Part shown: piece by piece, positions 50,321 through 60,978 of the stretch | How positions within the stretch are numbered: position 1 is the first letter of the stretch | Layout of the letters: each line of letters starts with the position of its first letter | Source of the DNA: Candidatus Cloacimonadales bacterium | GTDB lineage: Bacteria > Cloacimonadota > Cloacimonadia > Cloacimonadales > JAFGVF01 | Reading direction: 5' to 3' | DNA: 64,000 nucleotides | Assembly (NCBI GenBank): GCA_963677495.2 | Contig: CAXXOU010000001.1 | Coordinates: forward strand, 832,001 to 896,000 | Translations under genes and position numbers: made by a program | Notes under the pieces: model-generated | Database searches by the model: none | The model's input: only the letters and a program-made list of their open reading frames with translations | What the model was told of the DNA's origin: nothing

Positions 50321-52536
50321 TGCCAACAAAAAAGAAAAGCAGTAAAAAGAAGAACAAGAAGAAGTTAGCTACCAACACTGAAATTACTTTATTAACTTTA
50401 TCTGCAATTTTATTAGTGATCTTAGCAATACTATCATTGCTCCCGGCAAGTGAAGCTATTACTGAAGACTTTAATAATATTGGAAACGAAGGTTATAATT
50501 ACAAGAATTTAATTGGTAAGATGGGTGTTTATGCAGGATATGGTATATCATACTTTTGGGGACATTCGTTAAGCCTTGTCCTAAGTTTAAGTTTACTCAT
50601 TATTCTAATTCTTACTTTCGTTAAACTTCAAGATAAGACCTCATTCTTAAAGCTTATCTTGAAGTTAAATCTATTTGCTTTTCTTTTGCAGACACTCCTT
50701 ATGGTAGGTCAATCAGAATTAACTCTAAACAATGGCTTTATCAGCTATAATATTAACCAATTCATGAAGAATACGTTCAGTATTACTGGTTCTATCATTA
50801 TTCTTTCATTTCTTAACCTTATATCTTTAGCTATGATTGTGGGTTTCGATAGGATTTCTTCAATCTTCATGCGTAAATCAGAATCCTTCCCTAAAAAAAA
50901 GGTAAGGGAGAGAGCTAAGAAAGAGAGGAAGGTCATAAGTAAGGATAAGGCATCTGATTTGGTTATCCCAACTGAGGAATCTCCTGAGATTGTAATAAAC
51001 AATCATACAGACTACAAAGAGTCTGAAACAAAACCTGCTAAACCGGCAACAAGAAATACTGAGAATGATAATTTTGAGATAGAAGACTATGTGTTACCTA
51101 ACATTAATGAAATTCTTACATCCCCTCCTAAATCAAATAAGAAAGCAAAGAGTGCTACTGAAGCGGAGATTAAGAGAATAAGTTCTGTTTTAAAGGAGAA
51201 ACTTTCAGAATTTGATATAGATTGTGATGTAATTAATGTGAATGTTGGACCAATTATCACTCAATATGAGCTTAAACCTGCACCAGGTGTTAAAGTTAAT
51301 AAATTCACACAATTAGCTGATGATTTAGCTTTAGCTTTAAAAGCTAAATCCATACGTATTCAAGCTCCGATTCCAGGACGTGGTTTGATTGGAATCGAAC
51401 TTCCTAATGATGATAGAGATATTATCTATTTGAAAGATGTTTTGATGTCTGAGTCTTCTAGTACAGCAAAGTTTAAGCTTGGTATCGCACTTGGAAAAGA
51501 TATTTCCGGTATGCCTGTGATGGGTGATTTATCTAAGATGCCCCATCTTCTTGTGGCGGGTGCAACAGGTTCCGGTAAGAGTGTATGTGTAAATACTATC
51601 ATAACCAGTTTAATCTTTAAGAAGAGACCCGATGAGTTAAGAATGATTCTCATAGATCCCAAACGAGTTGAGTTAGCTCCATATGCAACAATACCTCATT
51701 TGATTGGTGAAGTTGTTACTGATCCTGATAATGCCCTTGAAAACATGCAATGGGCTGAGAATGAGATGGAAAGAAGATATTCACTTCTACAGGAGCTAAG
51801 AGTCAGAGATTTAATATCCTATAATAATAAAGTTACTAAAATGAATCAGAACTTAGCAGAAGATGAAGAGAAGGAACATTTTAATCTTCCTTACATTGTG
51901 ATTATAGTAGATGAATTTGCTGACCTTATTATGACAGCCGGAAGAGATATAGAATTACCTATTACCAGACTAGCTCAAAAAGCTCGTGCAGTTGGTATCC
52001 ATTTGATATTAGCAACACAAAGACCTTCTAGAAAGGTTATTACAGGTCTTATCAAAGCAAATTTCCCTTCTCGTATTTCGTTCCAAGTATCATCTAGAGT
52101 TGAATCTAGCATTATTCTTGATACAACCGGTGCAGAGAAGTTGCTTGGTCGCGGAGATATGCTTTATTTGCCTGCAGGTTCCGGTTTCCCGGAAAGGGTT
52201 CATGGCTGTTTTGTCTCTGATGAAGAGGTTGTGGAACTTTGTGATTATCTGGAAACACAACCAAAGCCGGTTGAGATTAGGGTCAAGAAAGAGGTAAGTG
52301 AAAATGACTTAACTCTTGATTATGATGATGATCTATTTCCAGATGCAGCTAAGCTGGTAGTAGAAAACAATATGGCCTCAGTATCAATGTTACAGAGACA
52401 TTTTAAAATAGGTTATGCCCGTGCCGGAAGAATCGTAGATATGTTGGAATCTGCAGGAATAGTAGGTCCACATTTAGGTAGTAAATCTAGGGAAGTGATA
52501 GCAAAACAAGAGGACTTAGATAGATATGGTTTATAA
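50320..52536 (+). CDS. ftsK: DNA translocase FtsK/SpoIIIE
   Basis: MPHLLVAGATGSGKS, DEFADL, ATQRPS, gamma domain IGYARAGR. Confidence 0.96.
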   Translation: MPTKKKSSKKKNKKKLATNTEITLLTLSAILLVILAILSLLPASEAITEDFNNIGNEGYNYKNLIGKMGVYAGYGISYFWGHSLSLVLSLSLLIILILTFVKLQDKTSFLKLILKLNLFAFLLQTLLMVGQSELTLNNGFISYNINQFMKNTFSITGSIIILSFLNLISLAMIVGFDRISSIFMRKSESFPKKKVRERAKKERKVISKDKASDLVIPTEESPEIVINNHTDYKESETKPAKPATRNTENDNFEIEDYVLPNINEILTSPPKSNKKAKSATEAEIKRISSVLKEKLSEFDIDCDVINVNVGPIITQYELKPAPGVKVNKFTQLADDLALALKAKSIRIQAPIPGRGLIGIELPNDDRDIIYLKDVLMSESSSTAKFKLGIALGKDISGMPVMGDLSKMPHLLVAGATGSGKSVCVNTIITSLIFKKRPDELRMILIDPKRVELAPYATIPHLIGEVVTDPDNALENMQWAENEMERRYSLLQELRVRDLISYNNKVTKMNQNLAEDEEKEHFNLPYIVIIVDEFADLIMTAGRDIELPITRLAQKARAVGIHLILATQRPSRKVITGLIKANFPSRISFQVSSRVESSIILDTTGAEKLLGRGDMLYLPAGSGFPERVHGCFVSDEEVVELCDYLETQPKPVEIRVKKEVSENDLTLDYDDDLFPDAAKLVVENNMASVSMLQRHFKIGYARAGRIVDMLESAGIVGPHLGSKSREVIAKQEDLDRYGL

Positions 52537-53143
52537 AAGAATTTTAGTAGTAATAATACTATCCATGACTATAGCATTGTTCAGTCTCAGTAACAATGAT
52601 GCTTATGTAAATATTAAGAATGCGTATAGTAATCTCGAGCAGTTTCAAGCCGATATTACACAGTTAAATACTTTCGAAAGTGAGAATATTGAGATAGAAT
52701 CAAAAGGTATTTTCTATTATACAAAAGAGCGTATAGCGATTAAATATAGTGAACCTCAGAAGCAGGAGATCTATATGAATGGTAATCAAGTTCTTTTCTT
52801 TGATGCAGATTCAAATACTTGTGTTGAGATGATGAACAATGATAGTCAAGTACATTTAAACCCTGTATACATGATTGATAACTATTGGAAGTATTCTGAT
52901 AAGAAGATTAAGAAGCTAAAGGGTAATTACGTAATCATTCTGAGGCCATTACAGGAGAAAGAGTTTATACAGATAGATGTTCACGTGAATAAGAAAACTT
53001 TTCTTATTGAAAGATTGGTTTATATTGACATTGGAAACAATGTAGTCGATATTAAGTTTCAAAATATAAACACAGTCGATAAAATCAAAGCAGATGTTTG
53101 GAAGTTAAATCTTCCTGAAGATGTTAACTATATAAAGAGATAG
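52526..53143 (+). CDS. lolA: LolA-like outer-membrane lipoprotein carrier
   Basis: Signal peptide, size, position directly after ftsK, Y.EP..Q motif. Confidence 0.7.
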   Translation: MVYKRILVVIILSMTIALFSLSNNDAYVNIKNAYSNLEQFQADITQLNTFESENIEIESKGIFYYTKERIAIKYSEPQKQEIYMNGNQVLFFDADSNTCVEMMNNDSQVHLNPVYMIDNYWKYSDKKIKKLKGNYVIILRPLQEKEFIQIDVHVNKKTFLIERLVYIDIGNNVVDIKFQNINTVDKIKADVWKLNLPEDVNYIKR

Positions 53144-53153
53144 GAGATTTCAT

Positions 53154-54209
53154 ATGGTCGGACTTATAATCGCAGGAGGAACGGGCACCAGATTCTGGCC
53201 GGCAAGTCGCAAGAGTTTGCCAAAACAGTATCTAAACATTTTAGGTGAAGATAGTATGATTAAAATGACAGTCAACAGACTGTTAAAGAAGATATCAATT
53301 GATAAGATCTATATTAGCACTACTGCTGCTCAGGTTGAGTTAGTGAAAAGAGAATTACCTGATCTACCAGAGAAGAATATTATAATTGAACCAATGGGAA
53401 TGAATACAGCTCCATGTATTGGTTTAAGTACAAAGTATATGAAGCGGTTTGAAGACACATCCGAGCCAATGATTGTTTTACCTGCAGACCACTTGATTAA
53501 AGATGAAGCTGGTTTCATTAAGTCAATTGAAATGGCTGAAATTCCTGCTAAAGATGGCTATCATGTAACCTTCGGTATTATCCCTGCTTATCCGGCTACC
53601 GGATATGGATATATTGAATCAGCAGCTCAATATGCTGATGGGATGTTCCACGTGAAACAATTCAAAGAAAAGCCTGATCATGTTACTGCAAAATACTTCA
53701 TTGAACAGGGTAATTTCTTCTGGAATAGCGGTCAGTTCTGCTGGACTATTGAGACTATTGATAATAGCTTTAAGACTAAATTACCGGCTGTTGAAGCAGT
53801 TCTTAATGAGATTGAAGCTAAATGGGATGCTGAAGGCGTGACAGCTGATATCACAGATTTGTATAGCAAGATGCCAAAGATACCTGTTGATATTGGTATT
53901 ATGGAACAAGTTGAGAAGAGAGTTGTTATACCGGTTGATTATGGTTGGAGTGATGTAGGTTCCTGGAGAGCCTTGGCTGATATCTCTGATGTAGATATTA
54001 ATGGTAATACTTTCTTTGGTGACCATATATCTCTCGATAGTAGAAACAACTATATCCGAACTGAGAAGTTTGTTGCTTTAATCGATATGGATGATGTAAT
54101 TGTTGTAGAAACAGACGATGCTATTCTTATTACAAACAGAAAGAAAGCTGAACTTGTTAAGAACGTTGTAACTAAACTTAAGGAAGATAAGAAGGATAAT
54201 CTCCTTTAA
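53154..54209 (+). CDS. manC: Mannose-1-phosphate guanylyltransferase
   Basis: AGGTGTRFWPASR...PKQ, EP.GMNTAP, PADH, FKEKP, WNSG, WSDVGSW. Confidence 0.93.
   Translation: MVGLIIAGGTGTRFWPASRKSLPKQYLNILGEDSMIKMTVNRLLKKISIDKIYISTTAAQVELVKRELPDLPEKNIIIEPMGMNTAPCIGLSTKYMKRFEDTSEPMIVLPADHLIKDEAGFIKSIEMAEIPAKDGYHVTFGIIPAYPATGYGYIESAAQYADGMFHVKQFKEKPDHVTAKYFIEQGNFFWNSGQFCWTIETIDNSFKTKLPAVEAVLNEIEAKWDAEGVTADITDLYSKMPKIPVDIGIMEQVEKRVVIPVDYGWSDVGSWRALADISDVDINGNTFFGDHISLDSRNNYIRTEKFVALIDMDDVIVVETDDAILITNRKKAELVKNVVTKLKEDKKDNLL
53644..53659. promoter_or_regulatory. parS: parS site inside manC
   Basis: TGTTCCACGTGAAACA fits the TGTTNCACGTGAAACA consensus. Confidence 0.8.
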
Positions 54210-55030
54210 TGATATGGCTGTTACTTAGCATTATCTGTTCAGCTAGTATTGCAAGCTTACTAAAATATTATAACGATGCCGATGAAAAACTACCTATTAT
54301 GGTGGTTTTTTTCGGCAATTATTTTTTAGCTACAGCTCTGAGTGCTTACCTTGCTCTACCATTTCCCGGTTCGATTTCTATTAGTGAAATAGCTCTTGGC
54401 TCTTCAATTGGGATACTATTTATTATAGGTTTCCTCTGCTATCAGAGAAACATAGTTGTTAATGGAATATCTCTTAGCGTCTCAGTAATGAGGATGTCTT
54501 TATTGATACCTGTATTGATGTCTATCCTCGTGTTTAAGGAAGTACTAAATCCATTAAACTATGCCGGAGTTATCGTAATAATAGCAGTTTTCTTCCTAAT
54601 GGGTGGGAAAGAGAAACGCTCAAACTATATGTGGCTTCTAGCTCTTTTCGTAGCTATTGGTTTGAGTGATGCAGGTATGAAAGTGTTCAAAGTAATCAGC
54701 GATAAATCAGATCCGTTCTTCCTTTTTCTTGTCTTTGGTTCAGCACTAATAACTTCAATAACTGTTGTTATGGCCAGAAGAAGTAAGATCAAACCAAAGC
54801 ATCTAATTTGGGGATTAATCTTAGGAATACCCAACCAGCTAACATCGTTGTTCTTCCTTAAAAGTCTTGATGTTCTTGATGCAACAATCGTCTATCCAAC
54901 CTTTGCATCTGGTGTAGTTATCGTTGGAATTGCTACTGATATCTTTATCTGGAAAAGTAAAATTGACAAGAGAAAGGCATTATTTTTATTGATTATCATT
55001 ATTGGAGTTATATTAATAAACATAAGATAG
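54209..55030 (+). CDS. EamA/DMT family transporter
   Basis: About 10 TM helices arranged in two repeats. Confidence 0.8.
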   Translation: MIWLLLSIICSASIASLLKYYNDADEKLPIMVVFFGNYFLATALSAYLALPFPGSISISEIALGSSIGILFIIGFLCYQRNIVVNGISLSVSVMRMSLLIPVLMSILVFKEVLNPLNYAGVIVIIAVFFLMGGKEKRSNYMWLLALFVAIGLSDAGMKVFKVISDKSDPFFLFLVFGSALITSITVVMARRSKIKPKHLIWGLILGIPNQLTSLFFLKSLDVLDATIVYPTFASGVVIVGIATDIFIWKSKIDKRKALFLLIIIIGVILINIR

Positions 55031-55038
55031 AGGTTTAA

Positions 55039-55407
55039 ATGTATAGAATTAACGTAAGATCACATTTCTCTTCTGCCCACAAACTGAATGGGTACGAAGG
55101 TGCTTGTAAAAACATGCACGGACATAATTGGAAAGTAAGACTTGAGATTGGTTGTACTGAGGTTGATGAGATTGGTATGGCAATGGATTTTAATGATGTG
55201 AAGAAGTATCTCAATGAACTGATGGAGATGCTTGACCATAAAGTGTTAAATGAGTTGCCACCATTTCAAACTCAGAATCCAACTTCTGAGAATATTGCTA
55301 GATGGTTATTCGATGAGTTCGAAGTAAGAATCAATTCTGATACAAGACATATCCATGAAGTAGAGATCTGGGAATCAGAAAAGTCTTCAGTGATTTATAG
55401 TAAGTAA
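55039..55407 (+). CDS. queD: 6-carboxytetrahydropterin synthase
   Basis: FSSAH, CKNMHGHNW, LDH..LN, PTSENIA. Confidence 0.93.
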   Translation: MYRINVRSHFSSAHKLNGYEGACKNMHGHNWKVRLEIGCTEVDEIGMAMDFNDVKKYLNELMEMLDHKVLNELPPFQTQNPTSENIARWLFDEFEVRINSDTRHIHEVEIWESEKSSVIYSK

Positions 55408-55408
55408 T

Positions 55409-56020
55409 ATGCTTAGAGTTGTAGATTCAAGCTTCATTAAAAGCTGCACTAAACCGGACCATTATCCGACAAATCCTTATGTTGATATTGCCTTTGCCGG
55501 TAAATCGAATGTGGGTAAATCTTCTATGGTTAATACCCTCGTTAAGAGAAAGCTATTAGCTAAGAAAAGTAATACTCCGGGTAAGACAAAACTGATTAAT
55601 TACTTCCAAATCGCTTTCAAGAAAGATGAACTGGATGATAGATTATATCTAAACTTTGTAGACCTTCCCGGTTATGGTTTCGCAAAAGTTGGTAAAGCTG
55701 AGAAGCAATCATGGAGACGTATGATTGAAGAATACTTTAAAGAGCGTACTCAACTGCGAGCTGTATTCTTATTAGTTGATATCAGGCATAAAGCAGACCC
55801 TAAGGATAAGCTTATGATTGAGATGCTTGAAAGCATGAATATCCCTTATTGTTTAGTTGCAACTAAGTCAGATAAGATTGCTAAGAATAAAATCCAGAAG
55901 ACTCTCAAAGAGTTGAAAGCTCAGCTTAATAGTACAACAGATCAGCTTTTCTCGTTCTCAAGTTTGAATAAAACCGGAATTACCCCAATCTTTAATTGGA
56001 TAGAAGAAAGAGTTTTCTAA
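55409..56020 (+). CDS. engB: Ribosome biogenesis GTPase YihA/EngB
   Basis: GKSNVGKSS, TPGKT, DLPGYG, TKSDK. Confidence 0.95.
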   Translation: MLRVVDSSFIKSCTKPDHYPTNPYVDIAFAGKSNVGKSSMVNTLVKRKLLAKKSNTPGKTKLINYFQIAFKKDELDDRLYLNFVDLPGYGFAKVGKAEKQSWRRMIEEYFKERTQLRAVFLLVDIRHKADPKDKLMIEMLESMNIPYCLVATKSDKIAKNKIQKTLKELKAQLNSTTDQLFSFSSLNKTGITPIFNWIEERVF

Positions 56021-57135
56021 TGAAAAAGATTCATCTCATCATAGGTGCAAGACCCAATATAATGAAGATGGGCCCTTTGTATAAAGAGCTTCAAAAACAT
56101 TCTCATAAGTATATTACTCAAATAGTACATACCGGTCAGCATTATGATGAGAGAATGAGTGATCTTTTCTTCTCAGAACTGAATATATCTAAACCTGATT
56201 TCGAGCTTGAGGTTGGTTCAGCTTCTCATGCAGAACAAACAGCTAGAATCATGGAAAGATATGAGGAAGTGGTATTGAAGAGCTCACCGGATCTGATTAT
56301 TGTTGCCGGAGATGTAAACAGTACACTTGCATGTACACTTGTTGCAACTAAACTTCATATTCCTATAGCTCATCTTGAAGCCGGACTTAGGAGTTTTGAT
56401 CGTTCAATGCCTGAAGAGATTAATCGAATTGTAACTGATTCAATCTCAGATCTTCTTCTGACACCTTCAAAGGATGCAGATATCAACCTGACTAAGGAAG
56501 GTTTTGCAAAAGAGAAGATTCATTTTGTTGGCAATATCATGATCGATAGTTTGATTAATAATCTTAATAAAGCTAAAGATTCTGATATCTTAAACAAACT
56601 AACATTGGAACCACAGTCGTATATACTAATGACAATGCATCGTCCATCTAATGTTGATAATCTTGATTCATTAAAAGAACTGGTAGATGTTGTAAGAAAT
56701 ATCGCTAACCTTATGCCTGTTGTTATTCCGATTCATCCCAGAACTGAAAGCAACATAAAGATGTTTGGGTTAGAATCTGAGTTCTATTCTATCAAGAATC
56801 TCTTTGTGCTTCCACCTGTCGGATATCATGATATGCTAAAACTTGAGATGAATGCAAATTGTGTTGTCACAGATTCCGGAGGTATTCAGGAAGAAACAAC
56901 TTTTATGGGTGTTCCATGTTTAACTGTTAGAGAAAATACTGAACGTCCAATCACAATTACTTCCGGAACAAACAAGCTTGTTAAACTAAACACAAAAGTG
57001 ATTCTTGCAGAAATAGACAAAATTTTATCTGTTTCAGATTGTGATTACTCAATTCCTGAATATTGGGATGGTAACACTTCAGCAAGAATAGTAGATGTAT
57101 TAGATAATTACTTCAAATCTCACTCCAAAAACTAA
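56020..57135 (+). CDS. wecB: UDP-N-acetylglucosamine 2-epimerase (non-hydrolysing)
   Basis: GARPN, HTGQHYD, EAGLRS, PEEINR, TDSGGIQEE, TERP. Confidence 0.95.
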   Translation: MKKIHLIIGARPNIMKMGPLYKELQKHSHKYITQIVHTGQHYDERMSDLFFSELNISKPDFELEVGSASHAEQTARIMERYEEVVLKSSPDLIIVAGDVNSTLACTLVATKLHIPIAHLEAGLRSFDRSMPEEINRIVTDSISDLLLTPSKDADINLTKEGFAKEKIHFVGNIMIDSLINNLNKAKDSDILNKLTLEPQSYILMTMHRPSNVDNLDSLKELVDVVRNIANLMPVVIPIHPRTESNIKMFGLESEFYSIKNLFVLPPVGYHDMLKLEMNANCVVTDSGGIQEETTFMGVPCLTVRENTERPITITSGTNKLVKLNTKVILAEIDKILSVSDCDYSIPEYWDGNTSARIVDVLDNYFKSHSKN

Positions 57136-57342
57136 GCTTCATAAGAAGCTACAGTAAGGAAAACTCAATTAAATTAATATTCTTTCCTGTCTTCTCGTAA
57201 ATTCCCTTAAAAACACTGATTTTGGACGAAATTGGGTGGTATGTATATTTTTACTCCATTTTTAGGATAAATCGCTATTGAACCTGATTTCAATGAGTGA
57301 CCTTTCTTTCGAACTTTCTCTTAAACTATTATCAAGTCTTAA

Positions 57343-57502
57343 TCTTCTCTTTATCTTGTTGCATCAAAAACCTTGAATCTCGCTAGTCCCTCCCTTTAGC
57401 CTCCCTAGACCCTCCCTATGAATCCCTAAAGTTATCCACATCGTGTGCATAACTTATTTAACGGTGCAAAGAAGCTCTTGATGCGATTAGATAAAGAGAA
57501 GA
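57343..57502. repeat. Inverted-repeat element enclosing an inverted DnaA-box pair, copy 2
   Basis: Arms TCTTCTCTTTATCTTGTTGCATCAA / TTGATGCGATTAGATAAAGAGAAGA; TTATCCACA-tcg-TGTGCATAA at 57432-57452. Confidence 0.75.
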
Positions 57503-57576
57503 AGAGGACGAGAAGTTGAAATATAATGATTAAATTAGATTTCCCTGTTATAGCTAACTGATAAACTTACTCGAAT

Positions 57577-57957
57577 ACAATAGTTCTTCATTTCTTCCGA
57601 ATAGCTTGGGATTTGCTTGCTCAAAACTTGGGCATATCCTCAAGTATTGTCCAAGTAATGCCCAAGGATTGCTCAAGTGTTCCGCAGGAATTGTAATAGA
57701 GAAAATAAGGAATAATAATGGAAAAATTAAGCTCTGAAAGAGCGATTGCTCAATAGCCCCATGCGACTTGTCGCTTGGGGTTAAAGTTCACGGTCAAGAT
57801 TAGCCCTGAAGGGGCGTCTGATCGCTAAACATGTTAATCTTACGCCCCTTTAGGGCTACATCTTTTTAAATTACGTTTACCAAATGCCAAAGCTTGTGGC
57901 TATTGCACAGACGCCTTTTCAAGGCCAAAACAAGCTGAAGGAGTTTTGAGCAATTGA
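57577..57957 (+). repeat. Repeat leader: conserved block, four 11-bp units, REP-like GCCCTGAAGGGGCG palindrome cluster
   Basis: Matches revcomp of about 15373-15722; TAGCCCTGAAGGGGCG at 57801 and CGCCCCTTTAGGGCTA at 57843. Confidence 0.85.
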
Positions 57958-58769
57958 GGACACTCGCACTACATTGTACTGCGACTCTCCTGAGTTGCTG
58001 TGACGACAGAGTCGTCAGCTTCCACTGACCGTAATTTAGAATATTACAGTCCAAGTATGTTCTCTACAGCTGACATCTCTTCAGTCAATACTAGTTTCAG
58101 TACACGATAAGCTTCCACAATATAGCTTTTCAAACTATGTGCAAGTGTGGACACTCGCACTACATTGTACTGCGACTCTCCTGAGTTGCTGTGACGACAG
58201 AGTCGTCAGCTCCACTGACCGTAATTTAGATTATTACAGTCCATCCAAGTATGTTCTCTACAGCTGACATCTCTTCAGTCAATACTAATTTCAGTACACG
58301 ATAAGCTTCCACAATATAGCTTTTCAAGCTATGTGCAAGTGTGGACACTCACACTACATTGTACTGCGACTCTCCTGAGTTGCTGTGACGACAGAGTCGT
58401 CAGCTCCACTGACCGTAATTTAGATTATTACAGTCCATCCAAGTATGTTCTCTACAGCTGACATCTCTTCAGTCAATACTAATTTCAGTACACGATAAGC
58501 TTCCACAATATAGCTTTTCAAGCTATGTGCAAGTGTGGACACTCACACTACGTTGTACTGCGACTCTCCTGAGTTGCTGTGACGACAGAGTCGTCAGCTT
58601 CCACTGACAGTAATTTAGAATATTACAGTCCAAGTATGTTCTCTACAGCTGACATCTCTTCAGTCAATACTTGTCAATGGCAGTGAGAAATGGTACACGA
58701 TGGCAGTGAAAAGTGGTACAAAACTGCCAACCTTTAAAAATGACTACTTCAAGACAGTTTGGAGTAGGT

Positions 58770-60245
58770 ATGATTGGAGTAGAAGTGTATCATTCAATAA
58801 AAACTATGCATAAGCAAGGGCATAGTCAGCGTAAGATCGCAGAGGAGTTGTCTCTATCAAAGACAACAGTAGGTAAATACATAAATATGACACTTGATGA
58901 GTTCATGGAACTAATAAACAATAGCATTCGTGAAAGCAGTTTTGCCATATGTGAGCAATATGTCCGCGAAAGGCTTAGCAAATATCCACGATTAAGAGCT
59001 AGTGTACTATATTTAGAAGTTAAGAAAAAGTTCCCTGAGATAAAAGCAAAAGACAGAGCTTTCCGAGATTTTGTTCGTAAGCTAAAGCAGACTTATCCTG
59101 TCGATAAATACCGTAATTATGCAGTAATCGAGACGGCTCCCGGTGTTCAGGTTCAAGTTGATCCAGGTGAGATGAAAGTAGTTTTGGGTAATAAACGTCA
59201 AAGAGTTTATTTTATAGTTTTTGTGCTTTCCCACTCGCGTCAAAGCTATGTCCATTGGAGCACAACACCATATAACACATCAAGGTTTATTGAAGCTCAT
59301 CGTGAAGCTTTTATCTATTTTGAAGGTATCCCTTCAGAGTGTGTTTACGACCAGACAAAGCTTGTAGTAATACAGGAACGCTATCGGGAAGTAATCTTAA
59401 ATAATCAGTTCCATCAGTTTGCAGCAAAAACGGGCTTTCATCCTCATGTATGCGAAGGCTATGATCCACAAAGCAAGGGTAAAGTAGAGCGTAATGTCTC
59501 AGAAGTAAAGCATGGCTTTATGTATGGCAAAGAGTTCAAAGACCTGGCAGACCTGCGTTCACGCGGACTTGAGTGGCTTTTACACTTTAACGGCAGAACC
59601 CATGGCACAACCCGTAAAGTACCATCAGAAGTATGGCAAGAAGAGAGGTTAAAGCTAAAAGATATTCCAGAGTTTATCTTCACTTTAGAAGTTCGTAATG
59701 CAGATAAAACAGGCTTAATCTCGTATGAGGGTAATAAGTACTCTGTTCCATTAGAGTATCAGCGAAAACAGGTATATGTGCAAAAAGAAAAGAGCACTTT
59801 AGTGGTGATGGATATTTATACAAGAAAGGAAATCTGCCAACATGAGCTATGCACAGAAAAAGGCAAAATCATCAAAAACACTAATCATTATCGGGATTTT
59901 ACGGTAGTGCTACAAGAGCTTATTGAGCGAGTAAAGGATGAGATGAGTGAATATATCCAAGGAGAAGAACTAATCCAGAGGCTTGTTAATGATAACCCTA
60001 AAATAGCAAGGGATCAGTTGAGAGCCTTAAGCAAGTTTAAGCGTAACTATGAAACAGATGTATGGGAGTCAGTGCTTCCTGAGGTAATGACTCTTTCGCA
60101 TGTAAAGGCAACAGCCATAGAGAAGCTTCTGAATGCAAAAGTAAGACAAATGAAGCTAAATGAATTATCAGAATCAGAACCACAACAAGACTCAGAGAGT
60201 TCATTAATAGAGCGCTCATTAGATGACTACATGAAGGTGTTATAA
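58770..60245 (+). CDS. istA: IS21 transposase IstA
   Basis: N-terminal HTH; ETAPG.Q.QVD, YDQ, PQSKGKVER DDE motifs. Confidence 0.95.
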   Translation: MIGVEVYHSIKTMHKQGHSQRKIAEELSLSKTTVGKYINMTLDEFMELINNSIRESSFAICEQYVRERLSKYPRLRASVLYLEVKKKFPEIKAKDRAFRDFVRKLKQTYPVDKYRNYAVIETAPGVQVQVDPGEMKVVLGNKRQRVYFIVFVLSHSRQSYVHWSTTPYNTSRFIEAHREAFIYFEGIPSECVYDQTKLVVIQERYREVILNNQFHQFAAKTGFHPHVCEGYDPQSKGKVERNVSEVKHGFMYGKEFKDLADLRSRGLEWLLHFNGRTHGTTRKVPSEVWQEERLKLKDIPEFIFTLEVRNADKTGLISYEGNKYSVPLEYQRKQVYVQKEKSTLVVMDIYTRKEICQHELCTEKGKIIKNTNHYRDFTVVLQELIERVKDEMSEYIQGEELIQRLVNDNPKIARDQLRALSKFKRNYETDVWESVLPEVMTLSHVKATAIEKLLNAKVRQMKLNELSESEPQQDSESSLIERSLDDYMKVL

Positions 60246-60246
60246 G

Positions 60247-60978
60247 ATGATAGAGATAACTAAAACATACATCAAAAGGGCTCGTTGTACTCATATTTTG
60301 AATACTCTTGAAAGTGCAGTTTTAGAAGCAGAGAAACAGAATATGACTTATCTGGAGTTCGTACATTATCTATTTGAAAAAGAGAACTCAGGAAGGAATC
60401 AAACCAATATCAACAGAAGACTTAAACAGGCTCACATCCCGGTAATAAAGACCTTTGATGAGTTCGACTATGCTTATCAACAAGTAATAACCAAAAGACA
60501 AGTAAAGGAGTGGAAGAACTTTGTCTGGCTGGAGCAGAGGAGGAATATAATTTTAATGGGACCTCCGGGAGTAGGTAAGACTCATGTTGCAACAGCACTC
60601 AGTTATGAAGCAATAAAGGCAGGATATAAGGTGGTGTTTTATAATCTGAACAACCTTATCGAAGAACTTGTACTAGCTGAAGCAGATAACAACATAGATA
60701 AATATCTAAGCAATATAGCCAAGAATGATCTGATAGTTATAGATGAGATGGGGTATCTTCCTCTCCAGACAAAGGCAGCTAATCTGTTCTTTAGACTCAT
60801 CCATCTCTTATACGAATTTAGATCAGTAATCATAACATCGAATAGGTTGTTTAATGAATGGGGAGCTATTTTTAACGACAATGTGATAGCAACTGCTATT
60901 CTTGATAGATTACTCCATCACTCACAACCAATTACAATGCTCGGAGACAGCTTTAGACTAAGGAATTTTCAAAAATGA
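60247..60978 (+). CDS. istB: IS21 helper ATPase IstB
   Basis: GPPGVGKTH, IDEMGY, TSN, AILDRLLHH, GDSFR. Confidence 0.96.
   Translation: MIEITKTYIKRARCTHILNTLESAVLEAEKQNMTYLEFVHYLFEKENSGRNQTNINRRLKQAHIPVIKTFDEFDYAYQQVITKRQVKEWKNFVWLEQRRNIILMGPPGVGKTHVATALSYEAIKAGYKVVFYNLNNLIEELVLAEADNNIDKYLSNIAKNDLIVIDEMGYLPLQTKAANLFFRLIHLLYEFRSVIITSNRLFNEWGAIFNDNVIATAILDRLLHHSQPITMLGDSFRLRNFQK

Noticed and set aside
52977..52992. Third parS (ATGTTCACGTGAATAA) in lolA
   Set aside because: About five mismatches to the consensus; only the TTCACGTGAA core matches.
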